Virus record (IMG/VR): IMGVR_UViG_3300044630_001353
Direction: 5' to 3' (one strand)
DNA length: 20,000 nucleotides
Source of the DNA: an uncultured virus (IMG/VR IMGVR_UViG_3300044630_001353)
Lineage: Duplodnaviria > Heunggongvirae > Uroviricota > Caudoviricetes
Shown here: piece by piece, positions 9,235 to 16,029 of the stretch
Numbering within the stretch: position 1 is the first letter of the stretch
Layout of the letters: the number at the start of each line of letters is the position of its first letter
Program-made: the position numbers and the translations under genes
The notes under the pieces: generated by a model
Database searches by the model: none
Told to the model about the DNA's origin: nothing
Seen by the model: only the letters and a program-made list of their open reading frames with translations

Positions 9235-9757
9235 TGCGTAAACCTAGCTTTCTTTCAAGGTAAGCCTTCTCAATGCGCAACGTAGTCACCTCATTACGCA
9301 GTCGTGTAAGCTCATCGTCATCAGCCTTGATCACCTCACGCACTATCTCCTGACCTTTGGTCGGTTCAGGGGTCTCATGCTTTTGGGCAAGCTTCTCCGC
9401 AAACTCTGCCACCTCCTTTGCCTGCTCAGGCGTGGGCAAAGGACCTTTCTTGAGCTTGGCTTCCCAGCCCCTCTTAGCCGCCTTTTCAGCCGCCTCCTTA
9501 GACCTAGCTTGGTCAACTAAGTCCTGCTCTTTCCACGCGGCACGTACCGTGTCACCGATAGCGCAAAGCCTAGGGAATTTCTGTCTAGCTTTAGGGCTTC
9601 CGGTCATGCCGTATTGATACAACACAGACAGCACTTGTTGCCGTGTGTAGCCGGTAGCAACTTCAATTTCCGTAGCAGAGGCATGTGCATGCTTCTCAAG
9701 GTAATTGAGTATGTCGTCGGTAGATTTCCTTACTGGGCGAAATTCTGTGCGTCGCAT
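9218..9757 (-). CDS. hypothetical protein with N-terminal HTH-like segment and C-terminal coiled coil
   Basis: ILNYLEKH..ASATEIEVATGYTRQQVLSVL; ELTRLRNEVTTLRIEKAYLERKL; AAGGAG RBS before ATG 9757. Confidence 0.65.
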   Translation of the reverse strand: MRRTEFRPVRKSTDDILNYLEKHAHASATEIEVATGYTRQQVLSVLYQYGMTGSPKARQKFPRLCAIGDTVRAAWKEQDLVDQARSKEAAEKAAKRGWEAKLKKGPLPTPEQAKEVAEFAEKLAQKHETPEPTKGQEIVREVIKADDDELTRLRNEVTTLRIEKAYLERKLGLRNAHAI

Positions 9758-9766
9758 GGTCACTCC

Positions 9767-10075
9767 TTAAAAGGGGATGTCCGAGTCATCCGCAGGGAAT
9801 GACTGCGCCTGAGACTCCTGACGTATTCCGCCCTGCGTATTGGGTACAAAGCGGTCCACAGCAACAGACAGGTAGGTCTTACCTGACTTGGACACCTTCT
9901 TCCAACCTGACAGCTTGACAATCAGTAAACCGTTTTCGGTCTTGATGTTGGTCAAGTCCTTCATGTTTAAAGCGATACTGCCAAAGTAGTCAGGAGACTT
10001 GGGGGTCTTCTTGCTTTGGGTTGCGAAAAGCTGACCGGAGTCAGGCAGGGCTTTGAAATCAGAGTTGGTACTCAT
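9767..10075 (-). CDS. putative single-stranded DNA-binding protein (DUF736-like) with acidic SSB-type tail
   Basis: GQLF...KSPDYFG...LSGWKKVSKSGKTYLS; ends DDSDIPF; directly follows the annealase gene. Confidence 0.7.
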   Translation of the reverse strand: MSTNSDFKALPDSGQLFATQSKKTPKSPDYFGSIALNMKDLTNIKTENGLLIVKLSGWKKVSKSGKTYLSVAVDRFVPNTQGGIRQESQAQSFPADDSDIPF

Positions 10076-10770
10076 TGTGTTTCTCCTTCAGAAAATTGCT
10101 TTTTAAGCTCTTGGAACTTTGATAAAACCTGTTGGTACAGGTCGGGGTGCGTCACCTTCAGCGAGTCAAGCTGAAGCTGATTGCTCTTCCAGTAGCTGTT
10201 TAAACCAGCTACGGTGGTGCAGTGGGTGGTGTACTCAACCATTCCATCTGCAAACAATTGGCGGCTAGCGTCCGAGTTATCCAATGACTCATCGGCCTTT
10301 GGTGCGGTCTTGGCTAGTATTTTTTCGTACTTAGGTGCGTCTTCCTTTTTGGTTAACTCACCCATGGTGGTGGAGGCATCGTCTGACTGCGGAAGATCGT
10401 CTCCCGAATAGATGTATAGGCCAAGTCCATGGAGGGCTAAAGCTTTGGTCATGCAACGCATGATGGCCGTGTTGACCTGAAACGCATCAGGGCTTTGGAT
10501 GGGCTGATTGCGGTGGTTCATGATCGGCAACATGCAGGTCATTGGCTTGTTAAACATAGTGACCATGACCCAAACCATACCGGTACCGTTGACATTCATG
10601 TAGGGCATCTCAACGCCCTGCGCATCATGAAACGTCTGCACTTCAAAGGAGGCGGCAGGGTCAGCCTTCAAAGCCTCAGCCCATGCCCACGCCCATGAAA
10701 GGTACGTTAAGCCGTTTTTCTTTTCGGTGTGCTCATTGACATTGAGCTTCAATAAATCAAGCGGGGACAT
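10072..10770 (-). CDS. Sak/Rad52-like single-strand annealing protein (DUF1071)
   Basis: LNVNEHTEKKNGLTYLSWAWAW...FQVNTAIMRCMTKALALHGLGLYIYSGDDLP; ATG 10770 after AAGGAG. Confidence 0.85.
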   Translation of the reverse strand: MSPLDLLKLNVNEHTEKKNGLTYLSWAWAWAEALKADPAASFEVQTFHDAQGVEMPYMNVNGTGMVWVMVTMFNKPMTCMLPIMNHRNQPIQSPDAFQVNTAIMRCMTKALALHGLGLYIYSGDDLPQSDDASTTMGELTKKEDAPKYEKILAKTAPKADESLDNSDASRQLFADGMVEYTTHCTTVAGLNSYWKSNQLQLDSLKVTHPDLYQQVLSKFQELKKQFSEGETQ

Positions 10771-11623
10771 TGATTTCTCCTTGGTACTGTTTACACCACT
10801 TGCTGACTCCACAGAAATCTCCTGTGCAACGCTTTGGCTCGCCTTTGCGGGTTTCGACATATCCTTTTTCCTTTTCTGCCAACTCGGTGGCTTCTTCTAA
10901 CGTTTTAAATACTCTGATCGCAGTCTTGCGACCCTCCCTCTTCGTTGCGTAAGTTGTTTCACTCATCCAACGCTCTTCATCGGTGCAGGGCTGAAGCTCG
11001 TCACCAAAGTCATGTGCCACTCGGGCATTGCGGTGCATCTCAAGACGCTCCCGCACGTAAGTCTCAGTCCGGACTGCGTCCCACATTGGGATGTCAATCA
11101 TGATTGCCTCAGCTTCAGGGTAACCCTCGCTGGTGTCATGGGGTGAGTAGTCCTTGACGATGGCACAAATCTGCAGTCCCTTGACTTGCACCTTCTTGAC
11201 GGTCTCAACCAGCCATTTGTAAATGTTTAACTGCGTCATCCAGTCATCCTTGCCCTGCTTGACTGACCACGCCTTGACAAACTTGTAGTCGATGATGATC
11301 ACACCGCCATCGACGTGTTGCTGAAGGTCAATGGCACCGCTGATGATCACGCCATCAACCTCGGTAAAGATGCGCTCCTCATTGGTGTAGCCCTCAATCT
11401 CCTTGGCCTCAAGCTTGCCGTGCATGAAAGTCCCAAGCTGGGACGCAATCATTTTGGTGACGTCGATGGTCATCGACGCATCGTACTGTTCGCGTAATCT
11501 GCGAATCTTTGGTGGCGACATTAGCTCTGTAACGCTATACTGTGAGGAGCCCTTACTGTAATAGTTACGTGAGAGCAAAGCCACTAACGGTGCGGGTAGG
11601 TTCTGCTTGTTGGTTATTTCCAT
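10757..11623 (-). CDS. PD-(D/E)XK (RecB/Cas4-like) exonuclease
   Basis: SVTEL...GTFMH...EER...ISGAIDL...IIDYK...QLNIY; C-terminal RC..FC...WC cysteines; adjacent to the annealase. Confidence 0.85.
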   Translation of the reverse strand: MEITNKQNLPAPLVALLSRNYYSKGSSQYSVTELMSPPKIRRLREQYDASMTIDVTKMIASQLGTFMHGKLEAKEIEGYTNEERIFTEVDGVIISGAIDLQQHVDGGVIIIDYKFVKAWSVKQGKDDWMTQLNIYKWLVETVKKVQVKGLQICAIVKDYSPHDTSEGYPEAEAIMIDIPMWDAVRTETYVRERLEMHRNARVAHDFGDELQPCTDEERWMSETTYATKREGRKTAIRVFKTLEEATELAEKEKGYVETRKGEPKRCTGDFCGVSKWCKQYQGEINVPA

Positions 11624-11643
11624 TATCTCTCCGAGGTGTTGTT

Positions 11644-12072
11644 ATGAATGCGAACTTGAATAATAGCGATGTTATCACAGAATTGCAAGAGCTATCATTA
11701 ATTATTTTTGGTGAGCCGGCATCCAAGGCTAATTCAAGGCGTGTTGTGAGGTACGGAGGGATGTCAAGGCTAATCAAATCTAAAAAAGCTTTGAGCTACA
11801 GTGATGTATTTTTACAACAGTGCCCAACACTTCCTACACTAATGACTAGTGATGTGCGAATTACTCTCCGAATTTATTACGCGTCACGACGACCCGACTT
11901 GGATGAGACGTTGATACTGGACTTGTTGCAGGGGAGGGTGTATTTAAACGACCGGCAGGTGAAAGAGCGGCACGCTTTCTGGGGGTTGGATGTAAACAAC
12001 CCGCGCACTGAGATGCTGATTCAGGAGATACCTGAAGTGGTGCCAAAAAAGAACCCCACCAAGCGAACCTAG
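11644..12072 (+). CDS. RusA-like Holliday junction resolvase
   Basis: GEPASKANSRR...RRPDLD...LDLLQGRVYLNDRQV...DVNNPRTE; ATG 11644 after GAGGT. Confidence 0.75.
   Translation: MNANLNNSDVITELQELSLIIFGEPASKANSRRVVRYGGMSRLIKSKKALSYSDVFLQQCPTLPTLMTSDVRITLRIYYASRRPDLDETLILDLLQGRVYLNDRQVKERHAFWGLDVNNPRTEMLIQEIPEVVPKKNPTKRT
11660..11688 (-). promoter_or_regulatory. sigma70-type promoter for the leftward recombination operon
   Basis: Minus strand TTGCAA (11688-11683), 17 nt, TATTAT (11665-11660); about 35 bp upstream of ATG 11623, which has a GGAGAG RBS. Confidence 0.55.
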
Positions 12073-12078
12073 TGGGGT
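12045..12078 (-). terminator. intrinsic terminator (minus strand)
   Basis: Minus strand ACCCCACTAG-GTTCG-CTTGGTGGGGT followed by TCTTTTTT. Confidence 0.7.
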
Positions 12079-12117
12079 CTAAAGGAACCAACAATAGCAA
12101 CTGCTGGAGGAGAGATG
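12045..12117 (-). ncRNA. candidate ~70-nt antisense small RNA
   Basis: Bounded by a minus-strand TTGACA/TATACT promoter and an intrinsic terminator; internal hairpin CCAGCAG-TTGCTA-TTGTTGG; no ORF. Confidence 0.45.
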
Positions 12118-12122
12118 CCCTA

Positions 12123-12149
12123 AGTATAGCGCATTTCAGGACGTGTCAA
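12123..12149 (-). promoter_or_regulatory. leftward sigma70-like promoter
   Basis: Minus strand TTGACA (12149-12144), 15 nt, TATACT (12128-12123); spacer is shorter than optimal. Confidence 0.45.
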
Positions 12150-12198
12150 CACGTATCAATACGCTCCATTACCGTCCATTAACGTCCAAAGAAGTCCA

Positions 12199-12242
12199 GC
12201 AAAGGTACGTCTCGGCGGGTGCAAAGGTACGTCTCGGCGGGT
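12199..12242 (+). repeat. perfect 22-bp tandem repeat, two copies
   Basis: GCAAAGGTACGTCTCGGCGGGT at 12199-12220 and 12221-12242. Confidence 0.95.
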
Positions 12243-12350
12243 TTTGTTGTACGTTTAAACATGCTTGCAGCGGCTGCCCGGGGAACGCCGTAAACGTTTA
12301 AACGCAACATAACCGCTGCCCGGGAACAGGTACTTTAGATGGGTATCTGC

Positions 12351-12376
12351 TGTCACCTTAGCCGGCTAGCGTGACA
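12351..12376. promoter_or_regulatory. 26-bp near-perfect palindrome, candidate operator
   Basis: TGTCAC-ct-TAGCCGGCTA-gc-GTGACA, ending about 20 bp upstream of the -35 box at 12396. Confidence 0.5.
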
Positions 12377-12395
12377 AAATATTTTTGTGCAACGC

Positions 12396-12426
12396 TTGAC
12401 ACAGCCTGAGAAATTGTGTTTATAAT
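12396..12426 (+). promoter_or_regulatory. rightward sigma70-type promoter
   Basis: Consensus TTGACA (12396-12401) and TATAAT (12421-12426), 19-nt spacer, AT-rich upstream tract. Confidence 0.65.
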
Positions 12427-12432
12427 TTAATC

Positions 12433-12538
12433 GTTGCCGTGAGAAGCGACAGATTTAGGCCACTTAATTCTACTCTCGCCCTTGGTTTTTGCCGCAGGGT
12501 TCTCACCGAGGGTAGAGCTAAGTGGCCTTTCTGTTTTT
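12433..12538 (+). ncRNA. structured RNA / leader (C4- or CI-antisense-like architecture)
   Basis: Starts just after the -10 box; 5-bp hairpin with loop CGUGAGAA; long stem 12457-12466/12519-12528 and 12469-12478/12507-12516; bulge UUCUCAC complementary to the loop; followed by a U tract. Confidence 0.6.
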
Positions 12539-12896
12539 GAGACTAGGACTGTGCAATGGGTTAGCGCCATTGTGGACTGCCTTTCTATGTTTTGAACACA
12601 CTGCTTAATGTGAGCAGTTCTAGTCTCACCCCTCCTACGACAACCGTACTCCACACGATAGCAAGGGGTAGAAATCTGCCTGCGTGGAAGCAAAGGGTTA
12701 CGTGGTATGCGCAAGCTAGGGGGCAGTTCCCGAATAATCCACGGTGCTGGTCGTATCTGCAAGCATAGGGGTCAGCTAACGCTGACATGCAGAAGCTTTA
12801 ACAAGCGGTGAAACCATCCCTCTCTACTCCTTGGGGTAGGGGGGTCTATGGGTGAAATATTAACAAAGCCCCGCCAAGGGGCGTAAAGGAGAGAAG

Positions 12897-13127
12897 ATGG
12901 AAACAGTAAAAAAGTACAGTGACTCCAAGAGTTACAGGGACGCGCAAAGAGGTGTTCAGCACCAAGGCATCGAGGATGCCACTCAAGAGGGCATCAGGGC
13001 TATTGGGTTGCTCCTAGACTTTGACAATGACCTGAGTCCGGTCGCAGAGAAAAAAATACGGGATATTCTGCGTTTGCTTGTAGTCATCAGGCACAAAAAC
13101 AGAGTGATCAAGGAGCACAACCCATGA
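12897..13127 (+). CDS. hypothetical phage protein (76 aa)
   Basis: AAGGAGAG RBS; first gene of the rightward operon. Confidence 0.7.
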   Translation: METVKKYSDSKSYRDAQRGVQHQGIEDATQEGIRAIGLLLDFDNDLSPVAEKKIRDILRLLVVIRHKNRVIKEHNP

Positions 13128-13342
13128 AATACAACGCAGAGCAAGTAGCATTTATGTTGGCCGAGGCCATAGACCAAAACCGTGAGTACCAGTCATGGCA
13201 CTGCAGTACTCAGCACCTAATGACCCTTGTGGAAAGGGTTGTTGCTGAAGAGCGTGAGGCGTGTGCAAAGGTATGTGAGGATAGCGTTGAAGAGGCTGGC
13301 GATGAATTAGCATGGCAAATCCGAGCAAGGGGCAACTCATGA
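13124..13342 (+). CDS. hypothetical phage protein, EREACAK...IRARG family
   Basis: ATGA coupling; C-terminal EREACAKVCE...IRARG. Confidence 0.75.
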   Translation: MKYNAEQVAFMLAEAIDQNREYQSWHCSTQHLMTLVERVVAEEREACAKVCEDSVEEAGDELAWQIRARGNS

Positions 13343-13572
13343 CACAAGCTGAAATCATTGCAATGCTGAGAGCATCGTGCGACAAAGACAAAGTAGACCC
13401 TGAGCAAAATGGCTTTTGGGTAATTCATACTCCAGAACTTGAAGCCTTTGCCAAGTTAATAGCACAGCATGAGCGTGAAGCGTGTGCAAAGATTGCAGAT
13501 GAGTGGGCAGTCGGCTGGCCTCATCCCGCAAAAACTATTGCTTTAGACATCCGAGCAAGGGGACAAGCATGA
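13339..13572 (+). CDS. hypothetical phage protein, EREACAK...IRARG family (shares C-terminal module with previous gene)
   Basis: ATG 13339 overlaps previous stop; LEAFAKLIAQHEREACAK...IRARG. Confidence 0.75.
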   Translation: MTQAEIIAMLRASCDKDKVDPEQNGFWVIHTPELEAFAKLIAQHEREACAKIADEWAVGWPHPAKTIALDIRARGQA

Positions 13573-13772
13573 AGCAACGTGTTTACACGGTCGGTGTCGG
13601 TGATCAGGTCAGACTGGTCAGGGCATCCAACCGCAGGCAAGCCATCGCCCACGTATCACTGGGCATCATGACCATCAGGGTTGCCACACAGGAGGACATC
13701 ATTCATCAACTTGACAAAGGAATCCCAATAGAAAACTACACCGCCCCCGAGCAAATTGAACTAGAACTTTAA
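13569..13772 (+). CDS. hypothetical phage protein (MKQRVYTVG...RLVRASNRRQAIAHV)
   Basis: ATG 13569 in ATGA overlap. Confidence 0.75.
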   Translation: MKQRVYTVGVGDQVRLVRASNRRQAIAHVSLGIMTIRVATQEDIIHQLDKGIPIENYTAPEQIELEL

Positions 13773-13790
13773 ACAACGTAGGAGAGAACC

Positions 13791-14093
13791 ATGGACTTTA
13801 GAAAATTATTCCGCAGAGAATCACGTCAAACATCCATCGATGCCGCAGAAAGCATCGTGCCGTCATTAACTGACATCCAAAACGCAGTGTTGCAATATGC
13901 CAACACTATGCCTACTGGTTTCACCGATGACCAAATGAATCGTCACTTCCAAACTTATGGGTCAACGTACCGCACCCGCAGGGCTGAACTCACAGCTAAA
14001 AATATAATTGCAGATTCGGGAAAACTCGCTCGACTGCCTAGCGGTCGGAATGCTACAGTTTGGGTTTTGGCTAAGTATATGGAGAAGTCATGA
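13791..14093 (+). CDS. hypothetical protein, possible winged-helix DNA-binding protein
   Basis: AGGAGAG RBS; TSIDAAES...GFTDDQM...RTRRAEL...DSG...SGRNATVW. Confidence 0.7.
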   Translation: MDFRKLFRRESRQTSIDAAESIVPSLTDIQNAVLQYANTMPTGFTDDQMNRHFQTYGSTYRTRRAELTAKNIIADSGKLARLPSGRNATVWVLAKYMEKS

Positions 14094-14341
14094 CCCGCAA
14101 CTACAAGCAAGAATACGCAAACTACGATGGCACAGAGGCTGTGAAAAAGAAACGCGCCCAACGCAACAAAGCAAGGCGCATGTTGGAGCGTGAAGGTGTA
14201 GTTCACAAAGGCGATGGCAAAGATGTTGACCACAAAAAACCACTGAGCAAAGGTGGGACTACGGTCATGAGCAACCTGAAGGCGAAGCCGGCCTCCGCCA
14301 ACCGTTCGTTTAAACGTAACTCGGACGGCTCGATGAAATGA
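14090..14341 (+). CDS. small HNH endonuclease-like protein
   Basis: DGKDVDHKKPLSKGG...SNL...ANRS; basic N-terminus RAQRNKARR. Confidence 0.8.
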   Translation: MTRNYKQEYANYDGTEAVKKKRAQRNKARRMLEREGVVHKGDGKDVDHKKPLSKGGTTVMSNLKAKPASANRSFKRNSDGSMK

Positions 14342-16029
14342 CCCCCGCATTTGTGGAGCAATTCCATTTCAACGAAACCACTCGGGTGCCCTGCCCGTAC
14401 TGCTCGCAAGAGCGTAGCAAATCAAATCAAAAAGACATGACGCTGACGCGCAAAGCGGATGGTGCAGTCGTATTCCATTGCCATCATTGCCAAACCAGTG
14501 GCTCGGTGCAACCAACACAACAACAACTGGAGAGAAAATTGTCAGCAGTCCCACAAACCACAATCATTTCCCATAAGCTGGGCGATGCTCATTATGCGTA
14601 CCTAGCACAGCGGGGCATCTCAGCCGCAACCGCAGACCTGATGAAACTCTTTTCTGCTGATAAATATTTCAGCAAGCTAGGGCGTCAATCGGATGCAATA
14701 GGGTTCCCTTACTTTCGCAACGGTGCCCTCATTGCCGCCAAGTACCGATCATTCCCTGACAAAGACTTTACACAGGACGCAGGCGGGGCACATGATTTCT
14801 TTGGCATTGAACACGTCATCAAAGGTCAGCCCATCATCATCGTCGAGGGTGAAATTGATTGCTTGACGGCGATTGAATGTGGTTTAAACAACGTAGTGTC
14901 AGTGCCGGCAGGAGCGCCCATCAAGGTAGCGGACGGCAAAGTTCTACCCTCAGAGGACAAACGCTTCTCTTACGTGTGGAATGCGAGGGAGTTATTGGAT
15001 GCCGCACCGTACGTAATACTTGCAACTGATCAGGATACCGCAGGGCAGGCGTTAGCGGAGGAGTTAGCTAGACGCATCGGCAAGGAGAAGTGCCGGCTCG
15101 CCAAGTTCACGAAAAAGGATTTAAACGAGGTGCACTTGGGTGACCCGTCTCGGACAGGGGAGGTGCAGGCGATCATCGATGGCGCAACCGCGTACCCGAT
15201 CAGCGGAATTTCCGACGCAGCAACATACTACGAGCGTTTAAACGATCTCTACACAAAGGGCACCGGCAAGGGATTCTCAACCGGCTACACCTCGGTTGAT
15301 GAAATCTACACCGTGGCACCCGCACAGTTAACGGTGGTGACTGGGTACCCAAGCTCGGGTAAATCAAACTTCATCGATCAGGTCATGGTCAATTTAGCCA
15401 ACGCCCATGATTGGAAGTTTGCTGTGTGCTCGTTTGAAAACCAGCCTGAAATCCACATCAGCCGACTCATGGAAATCTACACCCGCAAGCGCTTCTTTGA
15501 GGGTAAGGAGCGGATGTCGGAGGCGGAGAAGGAGAGTGCGTTTAAATTCGTTAAGGATCATTTTCTTTTCATCGATACCAATGGGGAGGAGCCCAGCACC
15601 TTGGACTCCATCCTTGAGCGGGCACGTGCGGCAGTGAAGCGGATGGGTGTACGTGGGCTGATCATTGATCCCTACAACTACATTGAGTTGCCCCGCAATG
15701 AGGGCACAGAGACAGCGGCAATCAGCGACATGCTGACCCGAGTGCAGAAGTTTTGCAAAGCGCACGATGTCCACACGTGGTTCATTGCGCACCCCTCTAA
15801 GATCACCCGACAGGGCGTTGAACAGCCGCGCCCTGATGGGATGTCCATCGCAGGCAGTATGGCGTGGTGGGCGAAGACTGACTGTGGACTCACCGTGCAC
15901 CGAAAGGATCACCACGTTGAGATCGCAGTTTGGAAGTGTCGTTATCGCTGGGTGGGAACACAGGGTGAAACGACGATGCTTTATAACAAAACGGCTGGAA
16001 CCTACTCGGAGAACCTAGATGCATTCTGA
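14338..16029 (+). CDS. bifunctional DNA primase-helicase (T7 gp4/Twinkle-like)
   Basis: Zinc-binding CPYC...CHHC; TOPRIM IIIVEGEIDC and ILATDQDTAG; KDLNE; SF4 helicase Walker A GYPSSGKS, SFEN, LIIDPYN, AHPSK, IAGS. Confidence 0.92.
   Translation: MTPAFVEQFHFNETTRVPCPYCSQERSKSNQKDMTLTRKADGAVVFHCHHCQTSGSVQPTQQQLERKLSAVPQTTIISHKLGDAHYAYLAQRGISAATADLMKLFSADKYFSKLGRQSDAIGFPYFRNGALIAAKYRSFPDKDFTQDAGGAHDFFGIEHVIKGQPIIIVEGEIDCLTAIECGLNNVVSVPAGAPIKVADGKVLPSEDKRFSYVWNARELLDAAPYVILATDQDTAGQALAEELARRIGKEKCRLAKFTKKDLNEVHLGDPSRTGEVQAIIDGATAYPISGISDAATYYERLNDLYTKGTGKGFSTGYTSVDEIYTVAPAQLTVVTGYPSSGKSNFIDQVMVNLANAHDWKFAVCSFENQPEIHISRLMEIYTRKRFFEGKERMSEAEKESAFKFVKDHFLFIDTNGEEPSTLDSILERARAAVKRMGVRGLIIDPYNYIELPRNEGTETAAISDMLTRVQKFCKAHDVHTWFIAHPSKITRQGVEQPRPDGMSIAGSMAWWAKTDCGLTVHRKDHHVEIAVWKCRYRWVGTQGETTMLYNKTAGTYSENLDAF

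Noticed and set aside
10770..10860. N-terminal extensions given by the ORF track (e.g. 10860, 11542, 17361, 7595, 6721)
   Set aside because: They overlap neighbouring genes extensively; downstream ATGs with clear RBS or ATGA coupling are better starts.
12199..12330. Possible CRISPR mini-array
   Set aside because: The 22-bp repeats are directly adjacent with no spacer, and the other repeats are short and irregular. The Cas4-like nuclease is explained by the recombination module.
12553..12620. Pistol ribozyme (the GUUAG loop resembles pistol P1)
   Set aside because: No nearby complement for the loop pseudoknot and no AAA linker or other conserved pistol elements.
12427..12788. Minus-strand ORFs of 111 and 67 aa in the control region
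   Set aside because: No convincing RBS or protein-like features; they lie antisense to a promoter-driven structured region.
12433..12890. tRNA or tmRNA gene
   Set aside because: No T-loop GTTCRA in a cloverleaf context and no acceptor stem with CCA.
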